Source: a virus
Length of the DNA stretch: 64,000 bases
IMG/VR virus record: IMGVR_UViG_3300042195_000059
Span: 805 to 64,804 of that record
Direction: 5' to 3' (one strand)
Of the stretch, positions 27,095 to 34,824 are shown one piece after another. A program made the position numbers and the translations under genes. Each line of letters begins with the position of its first letter. The stretch's first letter is position 1. The notes under the pieces were generated by a model. That model was not told the DNA's origin and searched no databases. It saw only the letters and a program-made list of their open reading frames with translations.

Positions 27095-27563
27095 TTGCGC
27101 CTCCCTTTATGCGATCGATGATGGAGCGGAGGGCGCGGGCTTGGCCCAACGTGATGGTAAGATCGTTTCGATCCACGCCTCCGCGCGGGAGGCGACGCGG
27201 GAAGAACCGCTCCTGCAAGCGCTCAATGAGGTTTCGATCCACGCCTCCGCGCGGGAGGCGTGGATCGAAGTAGTCCGGTAATGGCGGCTCAGGGTATTTT
27301 TGCTCACGCTTCTCAAGCGCTTGCATGATAGGCTCTGCCGCCTCTATCAGATCTGTGACCCCAAGTGCCGAAAGGACTATCTCTGCAGAAATCTCGATGA
27401 TTTCCTCGTGGTCCCCTACGGCGACGCCCTCGGGAAGATTCCGTGGATCTCCGCTCTTGCCGATGATGGTGAGAGTCTTACCGTCTTCTGATTTGAGGAC
27501 AGCAGGGCATGCGCCGATAGAGCAACGATGCTGAGGGGTGGTGATGTTTATGAGTTTGGTCAT
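27087..27563 (-). CDS. hypothetical protein (158 aa) whose 3' third is occupied by the CRISPR-like repeat-spacer-repeat
   Basis: ORF with an ATGA-coupled start. The repeats translate in frame as RLPRGGVDRN twice. The coding status of the 3' third is uncertain. Confidence 0.45.
   Translation of the reverse strand: MTKLINITTPQHRCSIGACPAVLKSEDGKTLTIIGKSGDPRNLPEGVAVGDHEEIIEISAEIVLSALGVTDLIEAAEPIMQALEKREQKYPEPPLPDYFDPRLPRGGVDRNLIERLQERFFPRRLPRGGVDRNDLTITLGQARALRSIIDRIKGGANV
27165..27262 (-). CRISPR. mini-CRISPR array: two type I-C-like 32-nt repeats and one 34-nt spacer
   Basis: Repeats at 27165-27196 and 27231-27262 share 30 of 32 nt. The period is exactly 66 nt. Minus-strand sense: GTCGCCTCCCGCGCGGAGGCGTGGATCGAAAC. 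Spacer, minus-strand sense: CTCATTGAGCGCTTGCAGGAGCGGTTCTTCCCGC. Confidence 0.7.
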
Positions 27564-27973
27564 GCGCGCTCTCCCACTGGCTGGAAGGGCTTTGAACTGG
27601 ATACAGAGGGGATAGGGGCTGTAAGCCTCTCAGGAAGCGCGACAGGGCCAAGTTCGGAAAAAGCCAGCCGTGACATCAGCTCATAGAAATCGGCGTCCAC
27701 GGCGTCAGGAAGCAGCCTCAGGGCATATAGCCATCCAACGGCGACTTCCTCGTCATAACAGCCGGTAAGCCATTCATTGATGACGCCGTGAAGGATGATC
27801 TCGGTGGTGGTTTGATCCGCGTTGAGCTTTGCGCGCCATGCGGAGGTTTCACGGCGGCGGTATTCGCCGGAGTCAACGATGGTGGCGTCAAGCGTCACGT
27901 CGTCGAGGATGTTTCCACTGTCAAGATATGGCTCTTGATCTTGCCTCAATTCGGCGCTATATGGTGTAGACAT
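27560..27973 (-). CDS. hypothetical protein (137 aa)
   Basis: ORF track. Confidence 0.5.
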   Translation of the reverse strand: MSTPYSAELRQDQEPYLDSGNILDDVTLDATIVDSGEYRRRETSAWRAKLNADQTTTEIILHGVINEWLTGCYDEEVAVGWLYALRLLPDAVDADFYELMSRLAFSELGPVALPERLTAPIPSVSSSKPFQPVGERA

Positions 27974-28138
27974 GGTGTTCTGGCCTCATCTTTTTGAGGT
28001 TTGTGTTAATTCCTGTCGCTGAAAACTGATCTGCCCGATCACGTCTTCAGCACTCGGCTTGGTCAGCCCTTCGAAAGACTCAAAACTCAACAAACGTTTT
28101 TGCTTGGCACCCCGGTTCGCGGCCGGGGTCCAACACCT

Positions 28139-29446
28139 CTATGCCGCTTTCCTCTTCGCGATTGACTGGCGTATGACAGCGCCGTAAACGACGCCCTTGG
28201 AGTTGCGCGCCCTGTCGACAAATTCGCCGATGAAACGCCCAAAATGATTACGACCAACAGGGCTTCGGTCGTTGTCACGGCACCAGCGGCGGAAGTCGGT
28301 GTAGATGTCGTCGCCCGCCGTGCCGCCGGCCTTCCACCCGCCCTTTGAGGTCAGGTTGATTTCAGCTGATGACGACGCTGTATCCAGCCGCTCATCGACG
28401 TAAGAGCTTACGAGGGCACGGTTTTGCCGGTCGATGATCTCTTTCTTCCGGCGCTTCTCATCCCGCTTCTTGACGGGAGGTTCATAGAGCGTGACGACGT
28501 TGTTCTCAGGCTGTACGGTGTCGTCAGGCTTGCCGTCAGGCTCAGCAACCGGCGTGCCTCCATCGTCAGGCGCAGCCGGCGGTGCAGGCGGCTCCGGCGC
28601 TGCCGTGACGGAACGTGTCACAGGCTTTACAGGCAGCGTCAGGGACGGCGTGTAAGCCTTGCGGGGGATGATGATGGCAGGCGCCACGGGACGCCTTGCA
28701 AAGAATGGCGACCAGATCGCCCACAGTCCAAAGGCCGTTGCTGCCTCCACGAGAAGTGCGATGAAAATCTTGACGAACAGGACAATCGATCCGTCATCAA
28801 CGCCACTGACGGCAGATAGCGAATTGGTTCTCGGATCAACCACCGTCACGCGATCGGTTTTCTTCAGCTCTTCACGCTTGAGCGCAAGCTGTCCGTCCAG
28901 CCACATGGCGCGCTCAGCATGGCCGATCTCCGCCTCCAGCTTGCCGAATGTCGGGCAATGCTTCTCCGTAACGGGGCCGTCTATCTTGACGCACCCGTTG
29001 ATGCCGGGAATACGCAGGAGCGCGTCGATGTCGGCCTTGATGGTCTTCATCGGCCTGACATCAAGAACCTGTTCACGCTGCGCCTTCAGGCGCGTGATCT
29101 CTGCCGTCAGCTCATGCCATTCTGATGCCGCTTTTCCGCGCGAGTCTTGAAGCGTGGAGAATTTTGACGATATAAATCCTACGGCTGATATCATCGACCA
29201 CACCGTAAAGCCGATGAACAGGAGCAGGAGCGCGCCGCCCTGAAACCAGTGCCGATTGCGCCAGAGTGAGAACACGCCGATCAGAGCCACGACCTTGATG
29301 AGGTCAGAAGCAACCGACACTCCGCCGATGACCGGCCCACCGAAATCCATCCCATAGATGAAGTTCGCAGCGGTCGAAGCGGTTATGAGGACGAGCAGCG
29401 CCGCAGAGACCGGCAACACCCACCAGAGATCTTTTCGCTCAGACAT
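28139..29446 (-). CDS. multi-pass membrane protein with coiled coil, Pro-rich linker and a cytoplasmic C-terminal domain
   Basis: Four N-terminal TM helices, a coiled coil, a fifth TM helix, a PEPPAPPAAP linker, and a C-terminus DIYTDFRRWCRDNDRSPVGRNHFGRFIGEF that resembles the C-terminal segment of P4/D5-type primases. Confidence 0.6.
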   Translation of the reverse strand: MSERKDLWWVLPVSAALLVLITASTAANFIYGMDFGGPVIGGVSVASDLIKVVALIGVFSLWRNRHWFQGGALLLLFIGFTVWSMISAVGFISSKFSTLQDSRGKAASEWHELTAEITRLKAQREQVLDVRPMKTIKADIDALLRIPGINGCVKIDGPVTEKHCPTFGKLEAEIGHAERAMWLDGQLALKREELKKTDRVTVVDPRTNSLSAVSGVDDGSIVLFVKIFIALLVEAATAFGLWAIWSPFFARRPVAPAIIIPRKAYTPSLTLPVKPVTRSVTAAPEPPAPPAAPDDGGTPVAEPDGKPDDTVQPENNVVTLYEPPVKKRDEKRRKKEIIDRQNRALVSSYVDERLDTASSSAEINLTSKGGWKAGGTAGDDIYTDFRRWCRDNDRSPVGRNHFGRFIGEFVDRARNSKGVVYGAVIRQSIAKRKAA

Positions 29447-29552
29447 TTGACTTTCCCCGACTTGTGAGAGATACTTGATCGGTTTTTACGGGGACGCATT
29501 ACAGGGGGACTTCACAAGCAGGTTGGCTGGCGGGCCGCCTGCTTTCGCTTTT

Positions 29553-29672
29553 TTAGACGCCTGGCAGCATGCTAGTAGCCGCATCCAGATATTCAGCGGC
29601 GAAGTAGATAATCGCTATGACGGCAACGCCGATGGCGAGATACCAAAACCACTTCGGGATGTATGGGGGCAT
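29553..29672 (-). CDS. small single-TM protein (39 aa, below ORF-track cutoff)
   Basis: Translation: MPPYIPKWFWYLAIGVAVIAIIYFAAEYLDAATSMLPGV. It starts 3 nt after the upstream stop. Confidence 0.45.
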   Translation of the reverse strand: MPPYIPKWFWYLAIGVAVIAIIYFAAEYLDAATSMLPGV

Positions 29673-29675
29673 TGC

Positions 29676-29933
29676 TCAGTCTCCCTTGAGGTAAGTTGCA
29701 AAAACGCCTGCGGTCCTTACAATGGCTCCGGCGTCGAAGTTTTCAGCCTTGGCGCAAGCCTGTATCGCCAGTTCCAGCGCTGTATGACGGCGGCCTTCTT
29801 CTATTCCTTCGGACAACGCCGGAGAGAACATTCCGACGCCCTGACCGTTCGTTCCGACTGGACCGAAATTGTCCAAAATGTCGTCACCGTTCATTTTCTC
29901 AGTCTCCATATTCGCCCGGCAGCCTATTGCCAC
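29676..29933 (-). CDS. hypothetical protein (72-85 aa; start uncertain)
   Basis: ORF track. Alternative ATGs lie at 29909 and 29894. Confidence 0.45.
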   Translation of the reverse strand: MAIGCRANMETEKMNGDDILDNFGPVGTNGQGVGMFSPALSEGIEEGRRHTALELAIQACAKAENFDAGAIVRTAGVFATYLKGD

Positions 29934-29954
29934 CGGGCTTTGTGAAACGTTAGA

Positions 29955-30890
29955 TTAGAAGCTGTTGAGCTTGATTTTCAGCGTGCCGAGAATTTTGGTT
30001 TCGCTGAGATCATCGCTGACGCTAGCGCCGACGTTGCTGTCAGCGTCGTAGGCATCGAAGATCGTCTCTTTGTCGTAGAAGGTGTGGGTGCCTTCGATAC
30101 CGAAGAAGACATTGTTGGCCACGGCAAGCTCGATACCGGCTCCGACAGTGATGCCGTCGAAAGTGGTGGTCTTGCTGAGAGTGGCCGCGCCGTCTGTGAC
30201 GCTCAGATCGTATTCAGTCTGGGTGTAGGCAGCGAGGGCGTACAGCAGGGTGCTGTTGTTGACCAGCACACCGGCGCGAACGCCTGCCGACCAGTCATCG
30301 CCGCGTTCGAGTTTGAAGCTGCCGACGCCAGCAACAGAGCCGTCAGCGTCCATGTTCGAGAAGCCATAGGTGCCGAAGACGCCGACCAGAAAGCGGTTGC
30401 TGAGCTGCTGGTCATAGCCAGCGCGAACATCGCCGACGATGCCGGTGCTATTCAGGCCGTCGAGGTGAGCGATTTCGCGACTATCGCCGGGGACTGTAGC
30501 GAAATCGCCTTCTTTCGCAGGAAAGATTTTATACGGATTGCCATGAGTGACAGTTTCACAAGAAAGCCAATCTGTCGTCGGTACGACAGCTTTATCAATT
30601 CTTGTTGCTAAGGTATCATCACGATCCTTATTGCCAAATGGATCGAAGTCCAAGTCAGCGGTATCGTCTGAGCAATAGTCCTTGAAATAATCCCGCACGC
30701 TCAGATCATGGTTGGCATTCCCATACCCGATAGCGCCGCCGAGATAAAAGCCGCTCCAGTTCACCGCAGTTCCCTGTGGAGCTGGATCGTTAAGGGAGTC
30801 GAGAAGATCGCTGGATTGAGCGAAATTCGGCGAAAAAATGACCAGTGAGGCCGCAATCGCCATAGACAACTTTGAGATTTGCATGTACAA
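29955..30890 (-). CDS. outer-membrane beta-barrel protein (Omp25/Omp31-type porin family)
   Basis: Signal peptide MYMQISKLSMAIAASLVIFSPNFAQS, motif NWSGFYLGGAIGYG, alternating beta-strand pattern, and a terminal ...LKIKLNSF. Preceded by AGGAAAA. Confidence 0.8.
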   Translation of the reverse strand: MYMQISKLSMAIAASLVIFSPNFAQSSDLLDSLNDPAPQGTAVNWSGFYLGGAIGYGNANHDLSVRDYFKDYCSDDTADLDFDPFGNKDRDDTLATRIDKAVVPTTDWLSCETVTHGNPYKIFPAKEGDFATVPGDSREIAHLDGLNSTGIVGDVRAGYDQQLSNRFLVGVFGTYGFSNMDADGSVAGVGSFKLERGDDWSAGVRAGVLVNNSTLLYALAAYTQTEYDLSVTDGAATLSKTTTFDGITVGAGIELAVANNVFFGIEGTHTFYDKETIFDAYDADSNVGASVSDDLSETKILGTLKIKLNSF

Positions 30891-30961
30891 TTTTCCTATG
30901 TTGACAGTGACGTATTTACATCACCAGTGTACCCGGCGTTTCCCCCGCCGGGATCTCGTTT

Positions 30962-31531
30962 TCAAGCAGCCGCTTGATTGAATTTCCCTGTTTCGTCGCC
31001 CCATGAGTCCCAGCCGGTACGATCCGTGCGACTGAACAGCTCGACGCGCCAAGCATCCGGCAGATAGCGTTCTGCCCATGCGTAAGCTTCGTCCGGTTTG
31101 CGTGAGTGCTCTCTGACAAGTCCCTCGATGACGTTGCGCTCTGATCGCGAATTGATCGGATTGCCGATGAAGCCCAGAAGGAAGGGTTCGGAGGCGGAGC
31201 GCACGCGGTAGCCGGTGCCGAACGCCGTCTTGCCGTTCACGGTCTTCTTGTGCCAAACGCCGCCGGTTTTATAGTCGAAGCCCCAAGCGCTCATGACTTC
31301 GAACGCCTTGTCGAGCATGGGCCATGTCGCCCAGAGAAAGAGGCAGCAGTCGCCAGATGCGAGTTGTGAAACCGGAAGCGCTTTGATAGCCTCAAGATCC
31401 ATGCAATCGTAATGGTGCTTGGCGTTTTTCTTCTCGCCCTTGACGCTCCAGTTCATGAAGTTCCAAGGCGGGTCGGCGACAATCATTCCGTATGTGAGCG
31501 GGCGCAAGGGCGCGAAGGGCCAGTCTGTCAT
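30962..31531 (-). CDS. MT-A70-family N6-adenine DNA methyltransferase
   Basis: Track ORF trimmed to ATG 31531 (ATGA overlap). Motifs IVADPPWNF and REHSRKPDE. Confidence 0.8.
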   Translation of the reverse strand: MTDWPFAPLRPLTYGMIVADPPWNFMNWSVKGEKKNAKHHYDCMDLEAIKALPVSQLASGDCCLFLWATWPMLDKAFEVMSAWGFDYKTGGVWHKKTVNGKTAFGTGYRVRSASEPFLLGFIGNPINSRSERNVIEGLVREHSRKPDEAYAWAERYLPDAWRVELFSRTDRTGWDSWGDETGKFNQAAA

Positions 31532-31677
31532 ACGACCTCCCCACGCTTGGCGAATCTCGTCTTCGCGTAACGAGCGCATACAGGCTTACGTGACTTGACC
31601 TTGGCCTCATCGCGTTCGACTTTGACTTTTCCGTCACTGTCGATTTTGAGTTTGAAAATGTCGCCGAGCTTGGTCAT
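31528..31677 (-). CDS. small basic protein (49 aa)
   Basis: Track ORF trimmed to ATG 31677 (ATGA overlaps at both ends). Confidence 0.4.
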   Translation of the reverse strand: MTKLGDIFKLKIDSDGKVKVERDEAKVKSRKPVCARYAKTRFAKRGEVV

Positions 31678-32687
31678 GCTTCGCACACTCCCCACTGATC
31701 GCAGGCGGTGCCGAAATCGATTGCCGTCACCAAATTGTATTGACGCCCGCCCCGATCCGTTTTCGACCACTCGACGTGATTACGGACGCCGTGTGTCTGG
31801 TGGGAAATTTCTCCGCGCTCGCGAACGGCAGGATCATCGCAAGCGGCGAAAAACGTGGCCTGCCCACGTTTTGACACTTCGCTGACGAGGCTTTCCCATG
31901 CTTCAATGCGTTCGATGTGCTCCGGGAAACGGCGCGAAATTTCTCGCAGTTCCGACTTCCGGCACATGATGCAAGGCATGCATCCGACGCGGTTCATGCC
32001 TTGCTCGTAAAGCGGGTTAGGCTTGAGATCGTGGCGCTTGTGCATTGCCCACACGTCATCGATCGTCCAGCGCAGCAACGGGCGGTAGGCGTATAGCCGC
32101 CCCGGCAGGTCAGTGATTTCCCGCTGTTCGAGGTGCTGCCACGCTGGGAGGAACGACCGGGCAACGCTTTCATCCGCTCGGACGCCCTGCCACGAGATAA
32201 CGCGCCGCCCTTCGGACAGGATCGGGCAATTGACCTGCTTGTTGATCGGCTTGACCTTAAGCTCTTCGGTGCAGAACCGGGCCTTCGTCGAAGGAAAGCG
32301 GCCTTTCATCATGCACAGGTCAAGGAACGGATTGCCGGTCGGATGGAACAGTTGCAGCGCGCGCTTGATCTTGTCGGCAGGAACGCCATCAAGTGGCCAT
32401 TTCTCTGCGATAAATTTGCGCTTGCGCTCGAAATCTGCGGTGAAGTCAGCTCTCACCCATTGGATTTTAGGACCGCCGGTTTTCTTCGGCAGCGCGCGGA
32501 CAAAATCATAGGTGGCTTCGTGCTCGTTGCCGGTGTCGGCGAAGACGGCTTTGAACGGCCTGCCACGCTCCATCGCCAGCAGATACAGTGCGGTGCTGTC
32601 TTTGCCGCCAGAGACAGAAACGATGTGCTCATATGGTCTGGCGCCGTTGACGATGACGCGCTTTGCGTTCGGGGGAAGCTTTTTCAT
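31674..32687 (-). CDS. PAPS-reductase / PP-loop ATPase family protein
   Basis: ATG 32687 is preceded by GAGGG. PP-loop motif VSVSGGKDSTAL. A Cys-rich C-terminal part includes CMPCIMC. Confidence 0.75.
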   Translation of the reverse strand: MKKLPPNAKRVIVNGARPYEHIVSVSGGKDSTALYLLAMERGRPFKAVFADTGNEHEATYDFVRALPKKTGGPKIQWVRADFTADFERKRKFIAEKWPLDGVPADKIKRALQLFHPTGNPFLDLCMMKGRFPSTKARFCTEELKVKPINKQVNCPILSEGRRVISWQGVRADESVARSFLPAWQHLEQREITDLPGRLYAYRPLLRWTIDDVWAMHKRHDLKPNPLYEQGMNRVGCMPCIMCRKSELREISRRFPEHIERIEAWESLVSEVSKRGQATFFAACDDPAVRERGEISHQTHGVRNHVEWSKTDRGGRQYNLVTAIDFGTACDQWGVCEA

Positions 32688-32998
32688 GCTGCCCTCGCCT
32701 TGCACGAAGGCTCTGCAGAAACAGAATTCCGAACGGCATATTCAGTCTCGCCAAGATCGCGGGCGATGAAGCGGATGCTGAACCCGCAGGCGTAAAGGAT
32801 GTTTGCGGCCTTCAGTTTGATATGGGGCAGGCGTTTGATACGCTCATGGATCGCGTCATTTCTGGCGCGCGCTTCTTCCGTGCAGGCTTTGCACCGCTCC
32901 GAATATCCGGTGTCTCTTGTCTTGTTACGGTTGAAGTTGCATGGCCTCAGTTCAAGCTCTTCCTTGCAAGGGCCTGTGCAAATGGCGGTTTTGATCAT
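32684..32998 (-). CDS. zinc-finger plus HTH-like small protein (104 aa)
   Basis: Track ORF trimmed to ATG 32998, preceded by GAGGG. Motifs CTGPC ... CKAC, then FIARDLGETEYAVRN. Confidence 0.5.
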   Translation of the reverse strand: MIKTAICTGPCKEELELRPCNFNRNKTRDTGYSERCKACTEEARARNDAIHERIKRLPHIKLKAANILYACGFSIRFIARDLGETEYAVRNSVSAEPSCKARAA

Positions 32999-33046
32999 GC
33001 GGCCCTCGCCGTTTTCGTCCAGCATCGTTCCGTTCCGTCTAGGGTT

Positions 33047-33074
33047 GGCCCCTGCCGGGGGTGTGGCAGGGGCC
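33047..33074 (-). terminator. GC-rich hairpin (terminator-like, no U tract)
   Basis: Perfect 10-bp stem GGCCCCTGCC/GGCAGGGGCC with an 8-nt loop, in the 163-nt gap between genes. Confidence 0.35.
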
Positions 33075-33161
33075 AAGGGCACTATGAGAAAGTACTCAGC
33101 GGTGACGCTGGACGAGCCGCTTACACAACCAAACGCAACGCTTACGAAACTGGGAAGGCAC

Positions 33162-33641
33162 TTAAACCAGAACCTGAAATGCAGCCGCGTCCGCCTCACG
33201 CGTGGCCGTGACTTCTTGGTAAAGAAGGTCGAGGCGCTCGGCTTCCGCGATGCATTCCTCACCCTTTCGGCGCATGAATTTGCGCGCATCATCCAAAAGG
33301 TCAGGTTCGTCGATAAGGCCTTGAATGCTGACGTATTCCTGCGCGCTCTCGACGTAGTATGAAGAGCTGCGGAGTTCTTTCACCAGAAGGCCGAACTGCG
33401 GTTCTTTCTCAGCGAAGTCGTGTTGGTTCTCATCGCACGCGTTCTGACGCAGAATGCGCGATACGTGACCGATAAACCCACGGCGCAGGATCGAATAAGC
33501 ACCTTCATGGTGCGCCTCTGCGCACGTCCGAGGGAAGACCGCTTCTAGGATTTCGTCGGCAACCTTCGGAGCGTTGTTGCCAACCCGTGATGCCGCTATG
33601 ACGATGGCTTCATTGACTTCGCGGAGCTGTTCATTCAGCAT
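33162..33641 (-). CDS. hypothetical protein (159 aa)
   Basis: Track ORF trimmed to ATG 33641 (MLNEQLREVNEAI...). Confidence 0.5.
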   Translation of the reverse strand: MLNEQLREVNEAIVIAASRVGNNAPKVADEILEAVFPRTCAEAHHEGAYSILRRGFIGHVSRILRQNACDENQHDFAEKEPQFGLLVKELRSSSYYVESAQEYVSIQGLIDEPDLLDDARKFMRRKGEECIAEAERLDLLYQEVTATREADAAAFQVLV

Positions 33642-34413
33642 TTGCCGCCTCCAGAATATCGTTGAGGAAGTCGCGGCATTCCGTGATGACAGCAAGGCTG
33701 CGGGCGCGTTCGCCTTCGGATCTGAAGCCGCCGATAATGTACTCAGGCGCATACTCACCCGCACCGTCGAGAAGACGCTGACACGACCCGACGATAACGC
33801 GGACTGCCTCAGCCTGAGCGCTGGGCTGATACATGGGGTTCTTGCGGCTGACGCTTGTTCCGTTCCCGCCTCGCAAACCTTGAATTGATGCCGCGATAAT
33901 GCCTTGCCGAAGCGCCGCCTTGGACGGTTCCCCGCCGCTCTTTATGCGGTCATTCAGTATGCGCTTCGTTACGCCGGGGTCTGCCTTTTCAGCATCACGC
34001 AGAGTGCGGGCTTCGTGGATGTCTTTCGATGTCAATCCAAGGTCGCTGACCGAAGGGATATTCTCGTTGGGAATATCCCTCTTGCCCTGACCGCCGCGTC
34101 CTTGGACTTCGCCGCGATCCTGCGCCGCATCGTATTCGTCAGCCAACCGACGTTTCGCGCCAGCCTCGATTTCCAGAGCGTCGGCTTGTGCGCGATAGAC
34201 ACGCTGGATAATATCGTCGTGAGCATCCTTCGCCTTGGCGAGGCGCGCCGTCTTCTTCGCCGCGTCATAGGCGAAAGAGGCTATCTCTTTGGCTTCAAGG
34301 ATTTCCGCCGATGTCCGTGCGCCAGCCAGCGCTTTCGCGGCCCGGTCTATGAGCACGGGAAGCGACTGCATTTGAATCTGCTGCTCTACGGGCTGGTCTA
34401 CAGCGGTCAACAT
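33631..34413 (-). CDS. hypothetical early protein (260 aa)
   Basis: ATG 34413 is preceded by AGGA. Helical N-terminal half. No motif recognised with confidence. Confidence 0.55.
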   Translation of the reverse strand: MLTAVDQPVEQQIQMQSLPVLIDRAAKALAGARTSAEILEAKEIASFAYDAAKKTARLAKAKDAHDDIIQRVYRAQADALEIEAGAKRRLADEYDAAQDRGEVQGRGGQGKRDIPNENIPSVSDLGLTSKDIHEARTLRDAEKADPGVTKRILNDRIKSGGEPSKAALRQGIIAASIQGLRGGNGTSVSRKNPMYQPSAQAEAVRVIVGSCQRLLDGAGEYAPEYIIGGFRSEGERARSLAVITECRDFLNDILEAANAE

Positions 34414-34463
34414 TGCTCAATCCTTGTTTAGGCAAATACTTGGAACGCTGTACTGGGAACTGT

Positions 34464-34733
34464 TCAGGCGGCGGCGCACTCGTAGCCAATCAGTTCGTCA
34501 GCGGACAGGGCAATTCCCCGATCTCTCGCAGCCGTTAGAATTGGCTTGTGGTGTCGCGGCGGGATCATTCCGTCGGTCCCGCCAAACTCACTCCCGTACA
34601 TCCACCGATAAACGCGCGATTGGTCTACCCCGCAGATTTCTGCGAGCACTTTCACGCCCGCATCATCTTGATTTGTGAACTTTCTCACAATAGAAGCAGC
34701 AGGCGACAATCTGCGACGGTTCAAATCACTCAT
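34464..34733 (-). CDS. Cro-like HTH regulator
   Basis: First gene of the leftward operon and divergent from the CI-like gene. HTH-like segment VKVLAEICGVDQSRVYRW. The start (34733 or 34757) lies within or next to the operator. Confidence 0.6.
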   Translation of the reverse strand: MSDLNRRRLSPAASIVRKFTNQDDAGVKVLAEICGVDQSRVYRWMYGSEFGGTDGMIPPRHHKPILTAARDRGIALSADELIGYECAAA

Positions 34734-34741
34734 GATGGTGT

Positions 34742-34790
34742 TTTGCGTTATTCGCAAAGCCTTGTCAATAGCATTTGCGATTTCGGCAAT
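34742..34790 (-). promoter_or_regulatory. leftward early promoter/operator region
   Basis: Minus strand reads TTGACA (34768-34763), then AGGC, then the 17-bp palindromic operator TTTGCGAATAACGCAAA (34758-34742). A second, imperfect site TTTGCG-N5-GGCAAT lies at 34774-34790. Confidence 0.65.
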
Positions 34791-34824
34791 TTGAATAAGG
34801 GGAAAGGCATGTCAAAAACGAGCT

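Noticed and set aside
27099-27330. Additional CRISPR repeats, a leader, or cas genes flanking the two-repeat unit
   Set aside because: The sequences at minus 66 nt (27099-27130) and plus 66 nt (27297-27328) show no similarity to the repeat. No Cas-like ORF was recognised anywhere in the window, so only a two-repeat mini-array is claimed.
29475-29953. Plus-strand ORFs 29475-29945 and 29696-29953
   Set aside because: They are antisense to the small minus-strand genes (29553-29672 and 29676-29933), which fit the operon structure. They have no ribosome-binding site.
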